Shown here piece by piece: positions 46,623-56,306 of a stretch of 56,306 nt of DNA (its first letter is position 1; each line of letters begins with the position of its first letter). Under the pieces are notes generated by a model. That model had not been told where the DNA came from, did not search any database, and saw only the letters and a program-made list of their open reading frames with translations. The stretch comes from Prasinococcaceae sp. CCMP 1430 (lineage: Eukaryota; Plantae; Prasinodermophyta), in NCBI GenBank assembly GCA_013416795.1, contig RQSC01001015.1, positions 41,075 to 97,380 of the forward strand, read 5' to 3'. A program made the position numbers and the translations under genes.

Positions 46623-46623
46623 N

Positions 46624-47282
46624 TGTGCAGACCCTCCTCTGACCCGATAACCCATATTAACCGAGGCTGAATATGCCATTATCTTGGAGGGGGTCTCGTG
46701 TTGCCCAATTTAGACTGACGGGGACGCCGCATCCGGCGTCTCCAGTCCTTGCTTCATCCATCCGTAGAGGAAATCCGCATCGGGTGTGTGGGGAAAAAGT
46801 GGGTCGATGTAGTGTTTGCCCACGGTGGGGGACCCCGGCGCCCAACCTCCGACGTACTCGAGTTTGGCGCGGTCCTGCACTACCACGTGCACCCCAGAGG
46901 CGAACGTGGCTCGCGCGCTGTGCGGCAGGTATGCCGTTCCCGGCGGCGCCACTGCGCCAACATGCAACAGCGCGCTGCGCCACCACACACACGCGACGAC
47001 GCTCCCAGGCGTCGCCATGCCGCCACCCGCTCGGTCACCCTATCAGAGTAGACCGAGCCGTGCACAGGTGGCGCGCAGGCGGGCTCTCCTAGCCCCGCCG
47101 TGCCGGCTACTTGGACGGCCTGGCGGCGACCTTAGCCGCCGCGCCGTCACCGAACTTCGTGCCAACGCGCTTCTCGAAGCGCGCGTACAGCGAGGCGCGT
47201 TCAGGGAACGCGCTCGGGGAACGACCCGCCAACACTGCAGTTCCACACGCGCTCGTGTGCAGACCCTCCTCTGACCCGATAA
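46624..47282. repeat. 27-nt perfect direct repeat (46624-46650, 47256-47282) bracketing about 600 nt
   Basis: TGTGCAGACCCTCCTCTGACCCGATAA occurs twice. Confidence 0.9.
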
Positions 47283-47587
47283 AGGCCCGGCGCGCGCGCG
47301 GCGTCGCGGCGGCGCCGCCTCCAGCAGGAGCTCGTAGGCGCTGCGGAGCGACGGCGGCAACGCAGGTGGCGAGGACACGGATCTCGAACTGGACGATAGT
47401 CTGGTCTGTGACGACGGTGGCTCGGGCGAGGCCGGTATCGTTGACGATGCGGGATACGGAGGCGCTGCGCCTCCGGCGCCGTGGCGCTCGTGGACGACGG
47501 GGCCGACGCGCTCGGCAATTTGCCAAGGGTGCTCGCACGCGCGCACGCGCGCACGCGCACATGCATGCGACGCTTCTTTCATTACCG

Positions 47588-48900
47588 CTACCACTGCTCG
47601 CCCACATCGGTGCTGCCCTGCTTGCGCCCGCGCCCGCCGCGCCTGTTGCGCGGCAGGAACCTGTCTGGCCGGAACGCCTCGAGGCTCGCGACGCTGCTCG
47701 CGCCGTCGAGGACAAGCTCGGCCATGGCCGCGCCGGAGACGGGCGCCCAGAGGATGCCCCAGCAGTTGTGGCCGGCGCTCAGGTACGCGTTTGCAAAGCC
47801 CGTCACGCCTCCCATCAGCGGCCTCGCGTCGGGCGCGCAGGGACGCATGCACGCGCCCACCTCGTCCGGCTCGCCCGCCGCTTCGGATGTGAGCGCCGAC
47901 AGGCTGCGCCGCGCCGCTTCCACGCGCGCGGGGTTGGCCTCGACCATCGACGCGGCGGCGCAGTCGCCGCCCTCCCGCAGGCGGTCGCCCTCGACGTAGT
48001 CCGAGCCGCCGATGCCGCAGATGTACATGTCGCCGTTGGCGCGTGGGTACACCTCCAGGTGGCAGCCGTTCTGTGCGCGCGTGTGCGTGTGTGCGTGCGT
48101 GCGTGCGTGCGCGTGCGCGTGCGCGTGCGCGAGAGTGTAAGCGTGCGCGCGTGCGTGTGCGCCGCGCATGTGCACTTGGGCTCTTGCGCACGCACGCGCG
48201 CGCTCGCCGCCCTCACCTCATCCTCGGCGCAGAAGAGCGCGTACGGATCCTCGCGCACGGCCCGCCGCGACTGCCACACGACGTGCGTCGACTTGATGCC
48301 CGTCAGCGGCCACGCATCGCGCGGCAGGCCGAACCACTCGCTGGCCACGGCGCTCCAGACGCCCATGCAGACGAGCACCGCGTCGGCTTCCACCAGCTCC
48401 TCCTCCTCCTTCTCGCCGGCGCCCTCCGTCACGCAACGCACGCCCGTCGCCACGCGCTCCTCGTTCTCGCCGCTGCTCCCCGGTGCCGTCGCCACGCCGA
48501 CGACACGCATGCCCGTCCGAATGTCGGCGCCCAGCCGCCTGGCGCCATCGGCGAGCGCCTCGGTGAGCTCGCGCGGCGTCACCTGCGCTGTCGCGCCGGG
48601 CGTCGGGTCCATGAGCGTCGCCGACGCCACGTCGCCGTCGAGCCACGGCGCCTCCACATGGCCCGCGCCGCGCCGCCCCCCGCGCACGCTCAGTGTGGGT
48701 ATGACGCGGTAGGTCGACAGGCCGAGCTCCTCCGCCAGCTCGGCGTGCATCGCGAACGACGTCTTCTCCCGCGCGCGCGAGTGTGTGCGTGTCAGCGCCG
48801 CGCCCGCACAGGCGCGCCCGCGCGCCCGCGCGCGAGCGCGTCAGCGCGCGAGCGCGCCCCGCGCTCACCTCGTGGAACTCGCGCGTCGCCGAGTCGCCCC
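47588..48900 (-). CDS. FAD-dependent oxidoreductase (DAO/TDA3-like); 5' part in the gap
   Basis: SFAMHAELAEELG; AQVTPRELTEAL; LVCMGVWS; LEVYPRANGDMYICG; CMRPCAPDARPLMG; GHNCWGILWAPVSG. Introns 48071-48216 and about 48766-48868. Confidence 0.85.
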
Positions 48901-49085
48901 NNNNNNNNNNNNNNNNNNNNNNNNNNNNNNNNNNNNNNNNNNNNNNNNNNNNNNNNNNNNNNNNNNNNNNNNNNNNNNNNNNNNNNNNNNNNNNNNNNNN
49001 NNNNNNNNNNNNNNNNNNNNNNNNNNNNNNNNNNNNNNNNNNNNNNNNNNNNNNNNNNNNNNNNNNNNNNNNNNNNNNNNNNNNN
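48901..49085. other. Assembly gap (N run)
   Basis: Run of N bases. Confidence 1.
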
Positions 49086-49409
49086 GGTGGGGGGGGGAGG
49101 ACGCCCCCGGCAGAGGCCGCGGAGACCACGGACGCGCCGACGGCGCTCGCCCCGCGCGCAGTGGCTCCGGGTGGGCACGCCGCACCGTCCGCAGGGGCGC
49201 CCGCCGCCGCGTCATCCGCTCGTCCGCCCCCGTCGTACGCGCACGCAGGCCTCACCAAGCACCTGTAGATCAATACATTCATCTTGAGCTCATAGTTACC
49301 AACGGGAGACTCTTCCCGAGGCGTGTGTTTTGATGTGTGTGTGTGGGTTCACGTTGGTTGTGTGTGCCCGTCGGGGCCGCGTGGCGCGAGCGTGCGCGCG
49401 CGCGCGAGC

Positions 49410-49458
49410 CGCACACACACACGCGCACGCGTTCACGCACGTGCGCGTGTGTGTGCGT

Positions 49459-49521
<63 letters not shown>

Positions 49522-50064
49522 CACAGTGCGCGCGGCAGGCGCGTGCCGCGGTGTGTCTGGGGAGGGGGGGAGGGTGTGTCACACACACACGCGCACACGT
49601 TCACGCACGTGCGTGTGTGTGTGCGTGGTGTGTGTGTGTGTGTCTGTGTGTGTGTGTGTGTGTGTGTGCCACAGTGCGCGCGGCAGGCGCGTGCCGCGGT
49701 GTGTCTGGGGAGGGGGGGAGGGTGTGTCACACACACACGCGCACACGTTCACGCACGTGCGTGTGTGTGTGCGTGGTGTGTGTGTGTGTGTCTGTGTGTG
49801 TGTGTGTGTGTGTGTGCCACAGTGCGCGCGGCAGGCGCGTGCCGCGGTGTGTCTGGGGAGGGGGGGAGGGTGTGTCACACACACACGCGCACACGTTCAC
49901 GCACGTGCGTGTGTGTGTGCGTGGTGTGTGTGTGTGTGTCTGTGTGTGTGTGTGTGTGTGTGTGCCACAGTGCGCGCGGCAGGCGCGTGCCGCGGTGTGT
50001 CTGGGGAGGGGGGGAGGGTGTGTCACACACACACGCGCACACGTTCACGCACGTGCGTGTGTGT
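49410..50064. repeat. Minisatellite with a 148-bp unit built from (GT)n/(CA)n tracts, about 4.5 copies
   Basis: Unit start CCACAGTGCGCGCGGCAGG at 49521, 49669, 49817 and 49965; array ends at N 50065. Confidence 0.92.
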
Positions 50065-50065
50065 N

Positions 50066-50708
50066 GCGCGTGCCGCGCGCGTCGCGCGCCGCGCTGCGCG
50101 ACGCCATGCGCGCCGCCGACGCGGCGGAGCTCGCCGCGTGGCTTACCCTCGAGGAGCACATGCGAGCGCTCGCTTCGGGAGGCGGAGGTGCTGACGCCAA
50201 CGCTGTCGGCGGTGGGATTGAAGACGGCGGTATGGACGGTGATGGTGGCGTCGGCAGCGCGGATGAGGGCGCCACGAGCGGCGTGGACCGCCCCGTCGTG
50301 TGCGGCGAGCGGGCGCGCGCAGATGCACACACACACACCGAGCGCATTGGGTGCGCCGCGGGCGACGGGCTCTACTTCGACGTGCAGGAGCTGCGCGACG
50401 GCGGCGGCGGCGGCGGTGGTCGCGTGCTGCGCATCTGCGACGGCGTCGGCAGCGCGTATCGCCGATTGCTCGTGCACGCGATGGCGTCCTACCACGCGCT
50501 GGCCAGCGTGACGGAGCGCGACGCGGTGCCTCGCGGAGGCACGGGCGGTGGCGGCGATGGCGCCACGATGCGGCTCACGGGGCGGGCAAGCGACGGCGGT
50601 CGCAGCGGCTTTGGCGGTGGGGGAGGGGGAGGAATCGGTGGCAGTGGGTGCGCCGCGGCCGCGACGCCTCCGCTGCTGCCAGTGCTCGCGGGGCTCTGCG
50701 AGGTGTGA
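50066..50708 (+). CDS. R3H-domain protein (R3HDM4-like), 3' fragment
   Basis: SAYRRLLVHAMASYHALASVT is an R-x3-H core. Begins at N 50065. Confidence 0.6.
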
Positions 50709-51135
50709 GCAGGGCGCGTGCGCCCGCTCATATAATCCCACGCGGGCCGAGCCCGCGCCCTCGACTGGCTGCGCACACAGTCCGCCCGAAGCGCGCGCGC
50801 GCACGGCGCCTTCGCGCGCACGCGCCGCGCCGCCTCGGCCTCCGCCACCGCCTCGGCGGACGCCTCGTCGAGGGCCTCCTCGAGCGCCTCGGCGGCAACG
50901 AGCGCGCGCGCGCGCGCACTCGCTTTTAGGGTTAGGTTTCACACATTTGGCAATTAAGGGTTCATAGAGTTGGGATTTCGTCGCTCCGCGGAATTGGTGG
51001 TGGATTCTCCGTTCCGCCATCAAACGCCACGCGTCACCAACGGGAACCTCGACCATCAGATTTTCGGCCATCACTTCGCATGCGTTTTTTCGAACGCCTC
51101 GGGGAGCGCGCTGCAGCGGTCCTTATCCAACCCGC

Positions 51136-51152
51136 GGGGGGGGGGGGGGGGG

Positions 51153-51209
<57 letters not shown>
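51136..51209. repeat. G21 run immediately followed by a C53 run
   Basis: Directly visible; ends 2 nt before ATG 51212. Confidence 0.9.
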
Positions 51210-51211
<2 letters not shown>

Positions 51212-51481
51212 ATGAGATACTGGCAGCATGCCATGGCGGCCGCAGGCGGCGGCGGCAGGCGCGCGGCGGTGTGCGGGAAGTGCGGCGGCACACGGCGAGT
51301 GCGCTGCTGGAGCTGCCGCGGGACGGGCGAGTTCCTGCTGTGGGGGCGGCGCGAGGCGTGCCCGACGTGCTGCGACGGCGAGGCGGAGGGCTGCCTGCCG
51401 GGGGAGAGGCCCTGCCCCGAGTGCGCGGAGGACCGCTCGGGGCTGAACGCGCAGCTGCTGCCGCCGGTGGCGACGCGATGA
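51212..51481 (+). CDS. Small DnaJ-type (CxxCxGxG) zinc-finger protein
   Basis: CGKCGGTRRVRCWSCRGTG..CPTC..CPEC, four CxxC pairs in 89 aa. Confidence 0.65.
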   Translation: MRYWQHAMAAAGGGGRRAAVCGKCGGTRRVRCWSCRGTGEFLLWGRREACPTCCDGEAEGCLPGERPCPECAEDRSGLNAQLLPPVATR

Positions 51482-52158
51482 CGCTCGGCGCCGGCGCCGC
51501 GCTCGCACGGCTCGCAGCTGTGCCCGCGCTGCGCGCCGGCGCGGCGCCGCTGCTTGGCGTGCTCGTGTGCCCGCCGTACGTGGCGCTGGCGAAGGGCTTC
51601 GCAGGGGATGGAGCTTCCCCGCCGACGCCGGTCACCGCACTGCCGATGAAGCCGCGCGGCGCGCGCTCGCACGAGCGCCGCTCCGCCGCGGCTGGACTGT
51701 GGCAGGCGCTCGGCCCTGCGCCCGCGTCGTCGCCAGTCGCGCCGCTCAAGGTGAACGTGGCGGCAATTGCGCGCGCCGCAGATGCGCACGGCGCGGGAGG
51801 CGTCGTCTTCTCGTACACTGCACGCGCGCTCGCGTCGAGCGCCTTCGACCGGCACAGATTGCAGTCGACAGAAGCGGCTGCGGCAGTTGCGGCAGCGGCG
51901 AGCGCGCCCAACGCCGCGTGGCGCGCGACGGTGGAGGCGGCGGCGGACGAAGCGTGGCGCGAGCTCAGCGGCGTGCCTGCGGTGGCGTGGTTGGAGTGGT
52001 CGCCGCCGGATGGCTTCGATCGCGCCGCTGAAGACCTGCGCGAGGCAGGCGACATCGGTGGGCTCTGGGCGCAGCGGCGGTCAGGGGGGGCCGCCGCGGT
52101 GCTCGTGCACGACGCGCTCGAGCGCCTGCAAGCGAACGAGATGGCGAAGGTATGGTAG
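51478..52158 (+). CDS. Hypothetical 226-aa protein whose ATG overlaps the upstream stop (ATGA)
   Basis: Ala-rich coding-like ORF with no recognised domain. Confidence 0.45.
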   Translation: MTLGAGAALARLAAVPALRAGAAPLLGVLVCPPYVALAKGFAGDGASPPTPVTALPMKPRGARSHERRSAAAGLWQALGPAPASSPVAPLKVNVAAIARAADAHGAGGVVFSYTARALASSAFDRHRLQSTEAAAAVAAAASAPNAAWRATVEAAADEAWRELSGVPAVAWLEWSPPDGFDRAAEDLREAGDIGGLWAQRRSGGAAAVLVHDALERLQANEMAKVW

Positions 52159-52344
52159 GCGCGACCCCTGCGCCCGCGCCAAAGGGCGCAGTAATACTTG
52201 GCGGCCCGCGCACTGGGCGCGCACAGAACCTCCGCAGGCGGGAGCGCGCGGCGCGGGCGCGCCCTGGAGTGCGCTCGCGCGTGTGCAAAGGCAGCGTTAT
52301 CTCGATTCCCGAGCGCGCTACCACGCGCCGCGCCGCGCCCACGA

Positions 52345-53151
52345 TCAGAAGACGATTAGCGTGCTGAAGGCGCTGTAGAGCAGCATGAGAGGCACCGCGA
52401 CGAGCACGCGCTGCCCGTGGAAGGGCTTGACCATCGCGCAAAAGTATCTCGAGCCGACGCTCGCCCCCCACAGGCTGGCCGCCAGCGCGATGGCGTTGAG
52501 AGCCATGCCGCGCGGCATGACCAGCGCCAGCGCGGCGGGAGCGAGCAGCGGCAGCATGCAGTAGCCGACCAGGCTCGTGCACGTGTAAAAGTCAACCGAG
52601 TCGCCCTTGCCCGCAAGCAGGTTGAGCGTGGTGTACACGGCCATCGAGCCAACGACAGACCAGCCGTAGATCACGCCGAAGTACACCTTGCCCGTCAGCA
52701 GCAGCAGCGAGCCGAGCGCAAGCAAGAAGGCAATGGGACCGCACAGGTCGCCGTCCTCCATCATCATCGAGTTCACGCGCGACGTCGGCAGCAGGATGTG
52801 CGTGGTCTTCTTCCAAATGATCGGCAGGTTGATGCCGAGCTCCTCCAGCAAAGGCGGCTCGTCGTCGAACGATGCGTACGACTGCACGCGCCCCATGCGC
52901 CCGCTGGTCATGCCGTTGCCGCCCCCGCCGCCCATGCTCCCACCGAAGCCCCCCCCTCCGCCGAAGCCCCCACCCGCGCCGCCCGGCTGCGCGTGCGCCC
53001 CGCCGGCGCCGCCGCCGCCAGCGGCGGCGGCGCCGCTCAGGTCAAAGCTCATGAATGCCATGTCCCCGCCCTGATGCTGCGGCTGCGCGGGGGCTCCGAA
53101 CGGCGCCGGGGCGCCACCCCATTGCGCCTGCTGCTGCTCCCAGGCGGCCAT
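52345..53151 (-). CDS. Yip1-domain ER-Golgi membrane protein (YIPF5/7-like)
   Basis: DEPPLLEELGIN..DGDLCGPIAF..GKVYFGVIYG..SLVGYCMLPL; several TM helices. Confidence 0.92.
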   Translation of the reverse strand: MAAWEQQQAQWGGAPAPFGAPAQPQHQGGDMAFMSFDLSGAAAAGGGGAGGAHAQPGGAGGGFGGGGGFGGSMGGGGGNGMTSGRMGRVQSYASFDDEPPLLEELGINLPIIWKKTTHILLPTSRVNSMMMEDGDLCGPIAFLLALGSLLLLTGKVYFGVIYGWSVVGSMAVYTTLNLLAGKGDSVDFYTCTSLVGYCMLPLLAPAALALVMPRGMALNAIALAASLWGASVGSRYFCAMVKPFHGQRVLVAVPLMLLYSAFSTLIVF

Positions 53152-53240
53152 GCCTGCCGGGGGATCCGCCGCTGCCCTCAGCGACCCCAGCAGGCGTGCG
53201 AGTGCGGCCGGCGGCGCGCGGCGAGCCCGCGGCGCGCGGN

Positions 53241-53880
53241 CGAGGGCGCCGGCCTGCTCTTCTCGGGCGTGGACCTCTCGGTGGACTCGGCCACGCGGCT
53301 GTGCCTGCTGGGCGAGAACGGCGCCGGGAAGTCCACGCTGGTGAAGGTGCTCATGGGCGCGCTCGAGCCCACCGAGGGGCGCGTGTCGCGCGCGCCCGGC
53401 GCGCGCGTGGCGCTCGTCAACCAGCACCACGCCGACCAGCTGGACCTCGACGCCACGCCGCTCGACTTCATGCTGGGGCGCTTCCCCGGCGACGGCTCGG
53501 ACGCCCACGAGCGCGAGCTGCGCGCGTGCATGGCCAGCGCGGGCGTGCTCGCGGAGCAGCAGGGCGCGGTGGTGCGCTCGCTGAGCGGCGGCCAGCGCTC
53601 CCGCGTGGCGATGGCCGCCGTGAGCTACGAGCGGCCGCACTGCCTGGTGCTCGACGAGCCCACCAACAACCTGGACCTCGAGGCGATCGAGGCGCTGGCG
53701 GACTGCATCGAGCGCTTCGAGGGCGCCGTGCTGCTCGTGTCGCACGACCAGTACTTCGTCGAGCGCGTGGCCGAGGCGGTGGTGGTCGTCGGCGGGGGGG
53801 CCGTCAGGAGGGAGGAGAGCTTCGCCGCCTACAAGAAGCGCGTGGTCAGGGGGCTGACGGGCGCCGCCGGGAGGGCGTGA
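53241..53880 (+). CDS. ABCF-family ATPase, second nucleotide-binding domain only; 5' end cut at N 53240
   Basis: GENGAGKST, NQHH, LSGGQRSR, LDEPTNNLD, LLVSHD; no TM segments. Confidence 0.9.
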
Positions 53881-54057
53881 CGCCCGCGCGACGTCCGCGC
53901 GTCGTCGGCGTTGGGGTTGGGGGCGGGTTGTGTGTGGTGTGTGTGTGTGTGTGTGGCGAATGCGGGCGGCGGGGGTGCGGGCGGCGCGTGGTGGGTGCCG
54001 TCGACGGCGGTGGCGGCGTCGTACGACCGCGTGAGGCGTGCGGCGGAGGACGCCGGG

Positions 54058-55171
54058 ATGCTACGCACCGCAGAGGTCTTCATCGCCGGCGCGTGCGCGG
54101 GCGCCGTCTCGCGCACGGCGACGGCGCCCATCGACCGCGTCAAGCTCGTGCTCCAGGCGCACGCGGGGCGCGAAGGCATGTCCATCCGGCAGGCGCTCGC
54201 GCGCATCTCGTCCGAGGGCGGCTGGCGCGCGTATTTCCGCGGAAACGGCACCAACTGCATCAAGATCTCGCCGGAGACCGCCATCAAGGTGCGCGCCTCG
54301 GGCTCTCGCCTCCTCCCACTCGGCGCGCGCGCCTCGAGACCTCACTTCGCTTTTTCGGACCGGACCCCCGGGAGGGGGTGGGTGGGTGGGTCGGTATGCC
54401 CTGCCGGTGTCCGACCCCTGTCCCTCTCTTGCCCGGCCCGCTCGCTCGCTCGTCTTCTGGCTGACTCTCCTGCCCCCACCCCACCCCGCCCCCCCACACC
54501 CCATCCGCTCTGCCACGATCCCGCGTGACACGCAGCTGAGCATGAACGACCGCATGAAGCTGTGGCTGTACGGGCGCACGCACGATATCAGCCCCTCCCA
54601 GCGCATGGTGAGCGGCGGGCTGAGCGGCGCGGCGGCGCAGGCGGCCATCTACCCGCTGGAAATCGTGCGCACGCGGCTGGCGGTGTCGCCAGTGGGCACG
54701 TACACGGGCATTACCCACTGCCTCGCGAAGGTGTACCGCGCTGAGGGGATCCGGGCGTGGTACCGCGGTATGGGCACGGCGATGGTGGGCATCGTGCCGT
54801 ACGCGGGTATAGACATCGCGTGCTTCGAAATGCTCAAGGCGGCGGCGGCGGAGAAACACGGCGCGCATCCCCCCGCGCACATACTGCTGCTGAGCGGCAT
54901 GACGTCGAGTTGCTTCGCGCAGGTCGTGGCATACCCGCTCGCGCTCGTGCGCACGCGCCTGCAGACACAGGGCCTCGACGGCGCGCCCGATCGTTACAGG
55001 GGCATGGTGGACGCCTTTCGGGTCATCCTGCGCGAGGAGGGCCCGCGTGGACTCTACCGCGGCCTGCTGCCCAACTTCATCAAGCTCGCTCCTGCTGCGG
55101 CGCTCTCGTGGCTGACCTTCGAGAAGGTCAAGGAAGCGATGTCGGTCGAGGAGGCCGACGCCTTCAGCTGA
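54058..55171 (+). CDS. Mitochondrial carrier (SLC25, ATP-Mg/Pi-carrier-like)
   Basis: Three PxD/ExxK/R signatures (APIDRVK, YPLEIVR, YPLALVR); GNGTNCIKISPETAIK. Intron 54289-54535. No EF-hand region seen. Confidence 0.9.
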
Positions 55172-55455
55172 GGGAGAGGGGGGGCGACGCCCACGCGTCA
55201 AACGAAACACGGCCGCGCGCGCCCGCGCGGGGGCCGCGCGCACACCGCCGCTCGAGCCCTCTCGAGCGCGAGCGGCGCCTGGGCCAGGGCGGCAATGTAA
55301 TACTAACCATTTTTGTGGCAGGCGCGCTGCGTTGCTGCATGCACGTACAGGTGAGCATGCCCGTGACCCGCTCTATTACCCTTCCCCTCGCCGCTCGCCA
55401 CCCGTCCTGGACTACTCTAGACTACGCGCGCGGCGCTGGCGCCCATTGAGGCGGT

Positions 55456-56034
55456 CTATTCGAGGCGCACGACGAGCGCCTCTCGCGCGCGGGTGCGCAC
55501 GAAGCCAGCCCCCCGAGCAGCGCTCCCCCGCGCGCCACCCTCGATGATGCGGCCGAGCTCGGCGCCGTCGGCGGTGCGCACGACGCGGCCGGAAGCGTCG
55601 ACTGCGACGGCGTCGCCGGTGTGCACGTCCTCCGGCGCGCCGCGCGCGAGGCGCACGCTGACATCTGCGCGCGCTCGCTTGCGCGGCCGCGCGCGCCCCG
55701 CGAATGTGCCAGCGTCGACGTCCGCAGGCAGCCGCAGCTCGACGCGCTCGCGCTCGCAGCCGCCATCCTCCAGGCCACGCGTTGTGCGCACAGTGCGCAC
55801 GTATCCCTCGGGAACGGGCTTGCTCGCGAGCGCATCCTGGACGTCGCGCGCAGCGGAGTCCCGCGCGGCGGCCGCCGCTCGGCGCGCGGTGCTCGCGTCG
55901 TCCTCTCCGAGCGCGCGGCGCACAGCGTGCGCGTGCTCTCGCGCCGCTCTCCGCCGCGCCTTGAGGCGTGCGCGCTCTGCGCGGCCGATGCCCTCAGCCT
56001 CGCCGTCCGAGGACGACCCGTCACTGCCGCCCAT
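55456..56034 (-). CDS. Hypothetical protein
   Basis: MGGSDGSSSDGEAEG...; coding-like, no family recognised. Confidence 0.4.
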   Translation of the reverse strand: MGGSDGSSSDGEAEGIGRAERARLKARRRAAREHAHAVRRALGEDDASTARRAAAAARDSAARDVQDALASKPVPEGYVRTVRTTRGLEDGGCERERVELRLPADVDAGTFAGRARPRKRARADVSVRLARGAPEDVHTGDAVAVDASGRVVRTADGAELGRIIEGGARGSAARGAGFVRTRAREALVVRLE

Positions 56035-56120
56035 CGCGGCGGCGTGGCCCGCGCGCCTGCGCTCGCGCAACCCCACACTCGGGGCGCGCCGCGCAGCGCG
56101 CCGCGGAAGCCGGCAACCAG

Positions 56121-56306
56121 GCTGACGACGAGGCCGTCATCACCACCTCGCAGAAAGTGGTGCTCGACGCACTGACCGCCTACCTGCAGGTGCAGCGCTA
56201 CGACCTGAAGAAGCAGATCGCGCACAAGGCCACCGAGGTGGTCGCCGAGCTCTCCAAGGCCGAAGCCCGCCGCGTCGCGCTGGGCGTGACCGGCGACAAC
56301 GACCTC
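56121..56306 (+). CDS. Exon of an unidentified gene running off the window
   Basis: After CCAG: ADDEAVITTSQKVVLDALTAYLQVQRYDLKKQIAHKATEVVAELSK..., with strongly GC3-biased codons. Confidence 0.5.

Noticed and set aside
49279-50511. Cys/Val- and His/Thr-rich ORFs resembling metallothioneins
   Set aside because: They are translations of the (GT)n/(CA)n minisatellite.
50925-50939. True telomere or chromosome end
   Set aside because: Only one to two imperfect units, with genes on both sides.
52345-53880. Overlapping Yip1 and ABCF long ORFs as a sense-antisense pair
   Set aside because: Both extensions cross N 53240 and are simply antisense reads of the other gene in stop-poor, GC-rich DNA.

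Overview
Eukaryotic nuclear DNA from a compact, very GC-rich green alga, probably prasinophyte-grade (inferred from nuclear PsaL, a plant-type vacuolar sorting receptor, KNOX, OPR repeats, TGTAA poly(A) signals and short GT-AG introns with CTGAC-like branch points). The window holds about 30 genes or gene fragments; no rRNA, tRNA, CRISPR or transposase was seen. It is a draft scaffold with two N gaps (24874-25429, 48901-49085) and seven single-N joins (6385, 13893, 16376, 21872, 46623, 50065, 53240). Several joins sit beside orphan pieces of unrelated genes (Rab1, listerin, an AGC kinase), so every apparent fusion needs read-level checking. The strongest candidate for new biology is a chromomethylase-type C5 DNA methyltransferase (39648-43943, minus). 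It has no recognisable BAH domain but four chromo-like modules: two intact N-terminal copies, a degenerate one at the canonical CMT position, and a divergent one after motif X. A CLASP TOG-domain fragment lies in frame upstream; a KNOX gene is adjacent and an MBD-like gene is about 3 kb away. Second is an OPR repeat array spliced to a METTL21-type lysine methyltransferase. All family calls come from recognising motifs by eye; no database search was run.
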